64,000 bases of DNA, taken from the NCBI GenBank assembly GCA_037431425.1, contig GCA_037431425.1_4129.2, one strand, 5' to 3'. The DNA comes from a phage. A program made the translations under genes and the position numbers. The notes beneath the pieces were generated by a model, which saw nothing but the letters and a program-made list of their open reading frames with translations, did no database searches and was not told where the DNA came from. Shown piece after piece: positions 35,769 through 43,745 of the stretch; within the stretch, counting starts at the first letter, position 1; each line of letters begins with the position of its first letter.

Positions 35769-38432
35769 TTATTGACATGCCTCTAAACGACGAGCCATTA
35801 ATTCAGCACGGCGTGTTGTTTGACGATACCAAGCCGAATTTCGTATTTGAGCAGCAGCTTGTTTATAGTTTCCTTTGGCTAATTCAGACAACATGGTCTT
35901 AAATTTAAGGACACCCCCTTTACCCATCTGGAATACCATTTGACATAGAACTTGTTGTGCCATGTAAGGAGTTTTCATGTTATATGATGCATAAATTGCC
36001 TTAGCATCATAAATTGCTTTACTACTGTCTCTAACAAGCATATCATTGGCTTCTTGTTCAGTTATACCTGACGAAAAGTTCTCACCGCTAACAATTAAGT
36101 GACCGTATCCAATAGTAGGGAATCCACGACTATCTAAGTAACGCCAGAATTTACCATTACGGTAATATCCTTTTGCTTGTTGATATTGTATTGTACCCTC
36201 ATATTCTTTTAATTCCGAAATAAACTGAGCATCACCTGGGACGATTTTCCAATCTATTGCTGTTTTATCTACGTTACCAACATTATATGTAGGTTGTTCA
36301 ACTGGCGTTGATGATACACTTCTACGTTGTGTTCTTCTTTTGCGTGGTACATGTCGTGAACCACGCTGAGAATAACCAGTCCCAATTGTTTTAATTTTAG
36401 TAGTTACTACTAATTCATCACTATCTACTGACGGTTGCACAACTGCTTGCGGTGACGATTGATTAGTTGCTTTTCCAGCAATCAAGGTTTTATTAGCTGC
36501 ATCTGCTCCAATTCCAGTTTGTGATGCATAGAACAATCCCGGATCAACTGAACCACTAAACCCAAGTACATTTGCAGACGTTACACGTATTTCAAATTGA
36601 ATAACACCTTTAGCTTTACCTATAACTTGTCCTTTTTGAACAACATCTTTATTCAATAAATCAGTTTGAATATTATAAAATATAGATTTATATCCAGATT
36701 TGTGTTGTATTAAAATACCACCATTGGTGATTGAAACAACACCACCATCTGGTGCAACAACATCACCTTTGCATTGTATTTCCCATCCAGAACGATCTGC
36801 TTTTCCACCGTTTTGTGTTGGAATACCTTTCCCCCAGTAACCATATTGACGAATTGTCCCACTACATGGCATATACATATGTAAACCTTCATATGTGATA
36901 CTATATCCAGTCATCCCAGCATCAGATACCATCAAATCTTGTGTTTGTACTTGTTCTGTTTCAGGGGTATAGTTAATAAACTGTATAGCTTCAGTTTCTT
37001 GAGCTTCTGGAATTTCTGGTGTAACATCATTAGCAGGTTGTGGCTGTACTGGTGATTCACTTGAAATCTTCCCACCGCCTTGTCTCGGTGGTTCAACAGT
37101 ACTACCATGTTTTTCTGCATTAACCCAAGCAGAAATGTCATGAATGTGTTCATTTAGACCCGTAGATGGTGTTTTAAAGTTAGGAGCAGTAAATTCAGCA
37201 GTTCCGCTGTTTCCTCCACTGTTAACAGTCAATGTTTGACCACCACCACTAATTATTGCTGATGATGAACCAATTAAATTTGCGGAAGTAGAAGCAGATA
37301 TAGATGCATTTGAACCTGCGGTAATATCAGTACTACTACCACTTTGCATACGCAATGATGCAGCAGTAACTAATCGGAGATCTGCACCAGAATTAACAAC
37401 AACCTGACCACCAACTTTTGCATCAAGTGCACCAATTAAATCCAACTTAGTATTTGCACCAACACGTGCATTGAAATCTTGACCAGATTCAATATTATAT
37501 GAACGACCAGCAATCATATTAATATCCTGACCAGCACGAATATTGATATTCTTATCACAATGCATATCAATATCACCTTCACCTGTAAATTTTATGCGTG
37601 CTGTTCCGTCACGGTTAATTAACAGAACGTCGCCTGTTGCTTCTGACAGTAATAGCTGTGCACCACTGCGAGTTTTTATAACAACTCCTTCATTTTTACG
37701 GGAACCAACACGTGTATCGTTTACTGGGTTATTAAATTGTGTATCCTGATAACCATCTGGATCTTGATCCCATGTAGGTGCGGTTAATTCCTCTTCAGTA
37801 TATCCATCATCGATAATAAAACTATTTCCACGTGGTGACGACATGCCATATACAGTACTGGTTGTCTGGCGGGTGCTACTGCGATTAGCAAGACCTGCTT
37901 CTTCATCATATAAAAGGTTTTGTTTTTTCAAACCAGCAATGATTGGAACGTTTGCATACTTATCTTGCATGTCCGTTGTGATTGTGTTACGATCATAATC
38001 AGTAACAGGGATAGGCATATCCGTTCCGCTATAACTACTAACTTCAGTTGCCATGCCTGGAACCATAGTATTCATGCGATGGTCATATACACAGCCAATC
38101 CAATATGCCTGAAATGTACGTGCCTGTGCGAAAATCACAATAACAGTGCACCCAACATCAGGCGGTACAGCCCAGAATCCATAGCCTTTGGGATATTGAC
38201 CATATGCATCGGCACTTGGAATACCTGGTGTTTTGCCAGCAAATGGTGACATATATGATGCTTCAATCCATGATTCTTTGGAATTTTTATCACTTTGTGA
38301 ACCTTGTATCCAAACTTTCAATTTTCCTGATTTAGTTGGATCTCTATTATCCATAACCGTTGCTAACTGTGGGTAAGATGGGTCAAAACGACCCAACTGT
38401 TGTTGTGCATACTTTTTACTTGTATCTGCCAT
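35769..38432 (-). CDS. Baseplate central spike, gp5-like (887 aa): OB-fold N-domain, beta-helix, M23-like domain and C-terminal lysozyme domain
   Basis: N-terminal VMDNRDPTKSGKLKVWIQGSQSD...GFWAVPPDVGCTVIVIF (gp5/VgrG-type); repetitive beta-helix segment; LytM-fold block ILIQHKSGYKSIFYNIQ...KGQVIGKAKGVIQFEIR; C-terminal EYEGTIQY...LDSRGFPTIGYGHLI lysozyme. Confidence 0.7.
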   Translation of the reverse strand: MADTSKKYAQQQLGRFDPSYPQLATVMDNRDPTKSGKLKVWIQGSQSDKNSKESWIEASYMSPFAGKTPGIPSADAYGQYPKGYGFWAVPPDVGCTVIVIFAQARTFQAYWIGCVYDHRMNTMVPGMATEVSSYSGTDMPIPVTDYDRNTITTDMQDKYANVPIIAGLKKQNLLYDEEAGLANRSSTRQTTSTVYGMSSPRGNSFIIDDGYTEEELTAPTWDQDPDGYQDTQFNNPVNDTRVGSRKNEGVVIKTRSGAQLLLSEATGDVLLINRDGTARIKFTGEGDIDMHCDKNINIRAGQDINMIAGRSYNIESGQDFNARVGANTKLDLIGALDAKVGGQVVVNSGADLRLVTAASLRMQSGSSTDITAGSNASISASTSANLIGSSSAIISGGGQTLTVNSGGNSGTAEFTAPNFKTPSTGLNEHIHDISAWVNAEKHGSTVEPPRQGGGKISSESPVQPQPANDVTPEIPEAQETEAIQFINYTPETEQVQTQDLMVSDAGMTGYSITYEGLHMYMPCSGTIRQYGYWGKGIPTQNGGKADRSGWEIQCKGDVVAPDGGVVSITNGGILIQHKSGYKSIFYNIQTDLLNKDVVQKGQVIGKAKGVIQFEIRVTSANVLGFSGSVDPGLFYASQTGIGADAANKTLIAGKATNQSSPQAVVQPSVDSDELVVTTKIKTIGTGYSQRGSRHVPRKRRTQRRSVSSTPVEQPTYNVGNVDKTAIDWKIVPGDAQFISELKEYEGTIQYQQAKGYYRNGKFWRYLDSRGFPTIGYGHLIVSGENFSSGITEQEANDMLVRDSSKAIYDAKAIYASYNMKTPYMAQQVLCQMVFQMGKGGVLKFKTMLSELAKGNYKQAAAQIRNSAWYRQTTRRAELMARRLEACQ

Positions 38433-38442
38433 ATTTTATTCC

Positions 38443-40692
38443 TTAATCAACTATACTATCTTGACGTTTAAGTGCACGGATTACAATTGCAGCTTGAATT
38501 TGTTGTGTGAAAGAACCACCTGCTCCAAAGTCATGCACAATTTTATTAACACGATAAATGGTTTGATTAAACGTGGTTGGTGTATTAATATCCAATACAC
38601 CCGTGTTATCATTAATTGATACTACAGGTTGTAATTTAAGTAAAAGGTATGCTTCAGATGTTATATAGTTTGCTACATGATAATCATCTGGATTAATTTC
38701 CATATCTTCCCCATTAATTACTTGCTCTAGATATTGTAAGTACGAATAATCACTCCATCCAAGCCAATATGGGTCACCAACAACTCGCATATCAAGTTTA
38801 CACAAAAAAGGTCTATTGTAATAGTTGTCACGTATTTTACGTCTATCCATTTCATATGTACTACTGTTATCATTTAATGAAGCAGACAGTGTGGTTTCGT
38901 TGTTAGTTGCTTCAGTTGGCATAGTGAATATTTGACCATATCGATGACCAACGCCGTCAGTACCTTCATCAGTTTCTTCATATGTGGAGACATAATCTTC
39001 AATATATTGTGGTAATACATTTACTTGATAATTATTATAACGATCCTGCTCTTCTGCATTTCCAACCTGCATTTGGTTTTTAGCTAATGTGTCAATATCA
39101 TTTAATAAATCTTGCTGATCTTTGGTTAGCATACCACCCATATCACGTGTAACACGCAAATCGCTTGTTTTCGCCCATGCATCTGGTATACTATTATATT
39201 GTACACCTTGTATATTCAATTCTTGTGAGTTATGTGTACCTGAATGGTTTGCTACGTCTTGTATTGGACCAGGGTTGCGAGTAGTAGCTACAAAAAATTG
39301 CTGGTCAAATTTCAAATCCAAATCAAGTATCTCACTATTAAGTCCACTAAACTGATAATTATAAGTTTTCATGTTTATTTTAGGTTTTTGATCAATAGGA
39401 TCTACGTATTTTTCTGCGTTCTCAAAAAAGTACTCAAATGTGAAATTTTCTGGTTTCAAGTCAGATTCATGTACAATGTCACCTATTTTAAATTTAACTA
39501 TGTAAAAAATTACTTTATAAACAGATGTATTACGATAATTATCAAAACCTATATATTGTTTTATTGGTATAATATTAACAAATTGTCTTACACTAGTACT
39601 CTCATCCGCTTGTACAGTACAAGTGTCGATAACATCATCAATAATTCTTGATATTGGTGTGCTTGGGTTCCATGAAAAGTTTTTAGAACCTTGTGTTCCA
39701 CTTTTAGTCGTTCCTGCTTCTGCCATTTGTTTTGAATCATAGTTGATAAAAAGATCTTGTAAATCAGGAGCTACTTTAAATTCAAAAAATTTACCATCGG
39801 ATAATTCACCAAATTTATATCTTAGATAGCCATATTGTTGATCTGCCATTTGATTTAATTTATCTTCTAAATCAAAACAGAAATCACCAAAGTTTTCAGC
39901 CGTACAGTTAAATGGTTCTTTTAATGTCCATTCCATGTTGTCAACTAATGCTGCTCTATTATGAACTAAACTCATAGTATATAGCATAGTACTACCACTT
40001 TGTGATGCACTTGCTGTAATACTATTAATTTTTACAGACCATCTTCTCGTGGTTTCTGGTATAATCTCAGGTATTCCATTCTTATTAAAACCAACAAACT
40101 TTAACTCTAAGATTAAAGGTAAGTCCATGAATTTATGAAATCTAAGTTTGTTACTTAAAGATACTAATTCGTCATATAGACTCATACTGTTATTCTCAGA
40201 CATATTAAGAACTGCGGTATTAAAACAATAATTCGTTGTCATTCCTGGTGTGGATGGTCCTGCTTGTGTCATTTGAACACTTGTTATATTATATTTTCCA
40301 CTAACGCCACTTTCTGATATAACATAGCGTTGTACCTCTGCATCAGGGTAAAGCCAAAAGTTTTTGAAATCATCTTTATCTAAAGCAAACAGACAAAAAT
40401 GCCAAGTTGGGTTGTCATATTTTAATAACTTATTCTCATATGGTATTACAAACTGACTTAAATCCAAATCTTCATAAACTTGGTCCATTCCGGCACTTTG
40501 TGATGGTAATGATTCAACATTACTAACGTTTGCTTTATAATTATTTTTCGTGATAGTTTTTACATCATTTTGTAATGTATTGGTGGTGGCTTTCAAATTA
40601 TCAAGTGAATTATTTGCAGTTGTTTTTGTCTTACCAGTGATATTTGATATATCATTTTGAAAATTATCAACTGTACTTCGTAAATCTGCCAT
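38443..40692 (-). CDS. Hypothetical baseplate protein (749 aa), possibly gp27-like hub by position
   Basis: ORF with RBS GGAG; sits between the LysM-like gene and the spike gene; no motif recognised. Confidence 0.5.
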   Translation of the reverse strand: MADLRSTVDNFQNDISNITGKTKTTANNSLDNLKATTNTLQNDVKTITKNNYKANVSNVESLPSQSAGMDQVYEDLDLSQFVIPYENKLLKYDNPTWHFCLFALDKDDFKNFWLYPDAEVQRYVISESGVSGKYNITSVQMTQAGPSTPGMTTNYCFNTAVLNMSENNSMSLYDELVSLSNKLRFHKFMDLPLILELKFVGFNKNGIPEIIPETTRRWSVKINSITASASQSGSTMLYTMSLVHNRAALVDNMEWTLKEPFNCTAENFGDFCFDLEDKLNQMADQQYGYLRYKFGELSDGKFFEFKVAPDLQDLFINYDSKQMAEAGTTKSGTQGSKNFSWNPSTPISRIIDDVIDTCTVQADESTSVRQFVNIIPIKQYIGFDNYRNTSVYKVIFYIVKFKIGDIVHESDLKPENFTFEYFFENAEKYVDPIDQKPKINMKTYNYQFSGLNSEILDLDLKFDQQFFVATTRNPGPIQDVANHSGTHNSQELNIQGVQYNSIPDAWAKTSDLRVTRDMGGMLTKDQQDLLNDIDTLAKNQMQVGNAEEQDRYNNYQVNVLPQYIEDYVSTYEETDEGTDGVGHRYGQIFTMPTEATNNETTLSASLNDNSSTYEMDRRKIRDNYYNRPFLCKLDMRVVGDPYWLGWSDYSYLQYLEQVINGEDMEINPDDYHVANYITSEAYLLLKLQPVVSINDNTGVLDINTPTTFNQTIYRVNKIVHDFGAGGSFTQQIQAAIVIRALKRQDSIVD

Positions 40693-40704
40693 GTGTTACT
40701 CCAT

Positions 40705-41019
40705 TTAGCCTATATTTCGAGTACCATTAAGATAGTTTTGTACTCTTTGATTTGCTGGTATTCTAATTGTTACCCCACTTTTAAAATTATATATTGGGTC
40801 TTCTCCTAATATGTCTGGATTTAATAACGCAAAGATATAATATAATCGTTCATTTCCGTACATTTCGTATGCCAAACGCCATGGTTGGTATTCATATTTC
40901 AATGGTATCTCATAAAAATCATCAGTATCTGCCGGAATGATGTCACGTGGTAAATTATACCCAAGATACCATGTTTGTTTCACCTTAGCATAAGGTGAGT
41001 ATTGACTATAGTTGGACAT
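40705..41019 (-). CDS. LysM-like small baseplate protein (104 aa), gp53/gpX-like
   Basis: WRLAYEMYGNERLYYIFALLNPDILGEDPIYNFKSGVTIRIP resembles LysM and T4 gp53 (ANAIYGNPQLYWVLLMCNDNYDPYY); RBS GGAGGA; 1-nt stop/start overlap with upstream gene. Confidence 0.5.
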   Translation of the reverse strand: MSNYSQYSPYAKVKQTWYLGYNLPRDIIPADTDDFYEIPLKYEYQPWRLAYEMYGNERLYYIFALLNPDILGEDPIYNFKSGVTIRIPANQRVQNYLNGTRNIG

Positions 41020-41750
41020 TAAATAAATCCTCCGTTGCGTAATAGTTCACCTCGCTTAAAAGCATTTAGGTTGAATGTTTTAGTCATATAATCGGAAGTA
41101 GGTTGTTCTTCAAGCTGTATCATAACCGATATTTTTTGTGGAACCCAAACCTCATCTTGTGGGTTCATATACCCAGTACTTCTAAGTTGTTCAAAGAATT
41201 TCCTACTATCCATATCGGATAAGTTAAATGTACTGTCACTACTATTCAAAGGAACTTGAATATAAGAAACATCATTTGGATATGTAAAATTATAAGATTT
41301 TAAAATAACAGGAATATCATTATATGTATATCGCCCATACCCACTTAAAAGTAAGATTGGTGGTGGAGCACCTGCAATTGCAAGTTCTGGGTTATTCGCT
41401 GAAGCAGCTTGTCTACCAAAATCCATCAATGAAACTGAACGTATAAAATGGATACATGCTAATGTGTACATAGCTTCTGCTGCTGTGTTAGCATAAAACT
41501 CACCCTGAATGGTGAAAACAGTATTAGAAGTGTTCTTATAGTTGTTATAGTTACTGTTGGTATGTATCGGTGACTGTGTTTCATACTGAATTGACCTTTG
41601 TTCAGTAATTATTGGTGTTACAGTCCATACCAACCCATTAGTTGGACGCAGAAACGAAAGTAGTGTGGGTTCAGAACTATCTCCGAAATCTCCATATACA
41701 TAGTTAGCACCTGCGGCTTTAGGTCGTAATCGAATTCTACGATCAATCAT
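41019..41750 (-). CDS. Hypothetical baseplate/tail protein (243 aa)
   Basis: Start moved from track 41777 to ATG at 41750 (GGAG 8 nt upstream); a late box then sits 34 nt upstream. Confidence 0.5.
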   Translation of the reverse strand: MIDRRIRLRPKAAGANYVYGDFGDSSEPTLLSFLRPTNGLVWTVTPIITEQRSIQYETQSPIHTNSNYNNYKNTSNTVFTIQGEFYANTAAEAMYTLACIHFIRSVSLMDFGRQAASANNPELAIAGAPPPILLLSGYGRYTYNDIPVILKSYNFTYPNDVSYIQVPLNSSDSTFNLSDMDSRKFFEQLRSTGYMNPQDEVWVPQKISVMIQLEEQPTSDYMTKTFNLNAFKRGELLRNGGFI

Positions 41751-41783
41751 TTTTGATTCTCCATAATAAGGGAACATTTGATG

Positions 41784-41791
41784 TATTTATG
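41784..41791 (-). promoter_or_regulatory. Late-promoter-like box (CATAAATA) for the minus-strand baseplate operon
   Basis: Reverse complement of 41784-41791 is CATAAATA, 34 nt upstream of ATG at 41750. Confidence 0.4.
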
Positions 41792-41794
41792 GGT

Positions 41795-41822
41795 GGGACA
41801 AACTGGTTCTTAGTGCTATAAT
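41795..41822 (+). promoter_or_regulatory. Sigma70-like promoter with extended -10 for the gp55-gp47-gp46 operon
   Basis: GGGACA (41795-41800) - 16 nt - TGcTATAAT (41814-41822); weak -35, strong extended -10. Confidence 0.45.
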
Positions 41823-41831
41823 AACATTGAT

Positions 41832-41848
41832 GGTACAAGGATTGTACC
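41832..41848. promoter_or_regulatory. Palindrome GGTACAA-GGA-TTGTACC just downstream of the gp55 promoter
   Basis: 7-bp perfect inverted repeat at the predicted transcription start / 5' UTR; candidate operator or RNA hairpin. Confidence 0.35.
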
Positions 41849-41879
41849 TATTGGATTAGAACATGGAGAGTGTAACACA

Positions 41880-42719
41880 ATGACAAGTAGACCAAAGCGT
41901 AAAAAGTATCTCAACAATGCAGATTTACTTCGTGAAATACAAAAAAGTAAGATTTCATACTGCTGGTTATTAGATAAATCATATAGTATGTATGATTATA
42001 TTGTCTTTCATGAATCTGAAATCACGGCTGAGTTACTTGAAAAAGCTAAAGCAGCACGAATTAAAAGACTCAACAATGAAATGCTTGAAAGTATTCGTGC
42101 AAAGGAAAACATGAGTGCAAAAAAAGCAAAGGAATATGCAGAAGAGAATAATTTAGTTATTACTGACGTTCCAATTGATGAAGTTGTTATTCGTGTTATT
42201 ACTGATGAACACATTCCACCAGATACTAGAGTTAACTTTGAACCATTCAAGCATTATATTGTGGATAATGAAGGTATCCTTTATGAAGTTTGTCGTTCTC
42301 ACTGGAAAGGTGACCTAGAAACTGGTGAATTCTGCACTATTCACGGTAAAATTACTAATGAATTGGGTAAAATGTTCATTAAACTTGCAGAGGAAATCTC
42401 ACATAAATCTAATTATAGAAACTATACTTACTTAGATGAAATGATGGGCGATGCAAGAATTCAATTAGTTAAAAATGCACTACTCTTTAAAGAGAGTATT
42501 CTTTATAAAAAAGATAAACCAGCCGTACAATTAAATCCTTTCTCTTACTATACATCGTTTGTAAACAATAGCTTTCGTTCTATTTTGAATAGTGAGAAAA
42601 ATGTTCGAAATATACGTGATGATTTACTCGAAATGCATGGTTTTACACCATCACACACACGTCAAATTGAAATTGAATTGAACATGATTGAAAGGAAAAA
42701 TGAAGATGGCTCTATTTGA
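41880..42719 (+). CDS. 55: Late-transcription sigma factor, T4 gp55-like (279 aa, with a ~100-aa insertion)
   Basis: N-terminal KKYLNNADLLREIQ parallels T4 gp55 KYNYVNNKELLQAII; C-terminal NPFSYYTSFVNNSFRSILNSEKNVRNIRDD parallels [28 protein letters not shown]; T4 gene order 55-47-46 preserved. Confidence 0.7.
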   Translation: MTSRPKRKKYLNNADLLREIQKSKISYCWLLDKSYSMYDYIVFHESEITAELLEKAKAARIKRLNNEMLESIRAKENMSAKKAKEYAEENNLVITDVPIDEVVIRVITDEHIPPDTRVNFEPFKHYIVDNEGILYEVCRSHWKGDLETGEFCTIHGKITNELGKMFIKLAEEISHKSNYRNYTYLDEMMGDARIQLVKNALLFKESILYKKDKPAVQLNPFSYYTSFVNNSFRSILNSEKNVRNIRDDLLEMHGFTPSHTRQIEIELNMIERKNEDGSI

Positions 42720-43737
42720 TAAAGCAATTACATTCACTGATATTCACTTGGGATTAAAGAATAACAGTAAACAACACAATGAAGATTGTTTAAACTTCAT
42801 TAAATTTATGATAGATGAGGCAAAAAAGAATAATATCAAAGTTTGTGTTTTTATGGGAGATTATTTTCATAATAGAAGTAATATCAACATTCAAACACTA
42901 AACTATGGTTTACAGATTCTTCAACTACTGAATGACAATTTTGAAAAAGTATATTTTCTTGTTGGGAATCATGATATGTACCATAAGAACAAACGTGATA
43001 TCACAAGTATCAATATGGCTCAAGTATATGAAAATATCGAGTTCATCAATGAAATCACAACATTTGACGATTGTACATTCATTCCATTTATGATTGAAGA
43101 TGAATATAAACTATTACCTCAACTAAAAAGTAAGTATGTTTTCGGTCACTTAGAATTACCAGGGTACTTACTTAATAAGATGGTAGAAATGCCAGACCAT
43201 GGGAAAGAAACCGATGGTTCTTTTAGTGGGTGTGAATATGTTTTTAGTGGGCATTTTCATAAAAGGCAAGCAAAAACAACATCTAAAGGAACTCGTGTTG
43301 TTTATACTGGTAATTGCTTCCCACATAATTTTTCCGATACGTGGGATGATGCAAGAGGTGTAATGATTCTCGAACACGATAAAGAACCAATTTTTAAATC
43401 GTGGGATAGTGCACCAAAATATCGAACATTCACACTTTCCGAATTATTGACTGACCCCAGTTATTATCTTCAAGATAATACAATTTCTAAAGTTCAAATT
43501 GATATATCAATAACAACGGATGAGATTAGTTTTATTCGTGATACTTTTACTAAACTATACAACATTAGAGAGTTTAATGTTGTAACAAGTAAACAAAATG
43601 TATCAGAATTAATTGAAGATGGTGTCAATTTTGAAAGTACTGAATCAGTTGATGAGATTGTTTTACAACAAATCATGGAAATTGATTCACCAATGTTTGA
43701 TAAAAATCTTCTAATCCAAATTTACAGATCATTATAA
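42706..43737 (+). CDS. 47: Recombination endonuclease subunit, T4 gp47 / Mre11 (SbcD)-like
   Basis: Phosphoesterase motifs TDIHLG, GDYFH, GNHDMYHKN, GHLELPGY, FSGHFH; start moved from track TTG at 42688 to ATG at 42706 (RBS AAAGGA). Confidence 0.8.
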   Translation: MALFDKAITFTDIHLGLKNNSKQHNEDCLNFIKFMIDEAKKNNIKVCVFMGDYFHNRSNINIQTLNYGLQILQLLNDNFEKVYFLVGNHDMYHKNKRDITSINMAQVYENIEFINEITTFDDCTFIPFMIEDEYKLLPQLKSKYVFGHLELPGYLLNKMVEMPDHGKETDGSFSGCEYVFSGHFHKRQAKTTSKGTRVVYTGNCFPHNFSDTWDDARGVMILEHDKEPIFKSWDSAPKYRTFTLSELLTDPSYYLQDNTISKVQIDISITTDEISFIRDTFTKLYNIREFNVVTSKQNVSELIEDGVNFESTESVDEIVLQQIMEIDSPMFDKNLLIQIYRSL

Positions 43738-43745
43738 GGGACTAT

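Noticed and set aside
35571-35786. Plus-strand 71-aa ORF spanning the lysozyme/spike junction
   Set aside because: Antisense to two well-supported genes; Ile/Phe/Lys-rich AT-driven frame.
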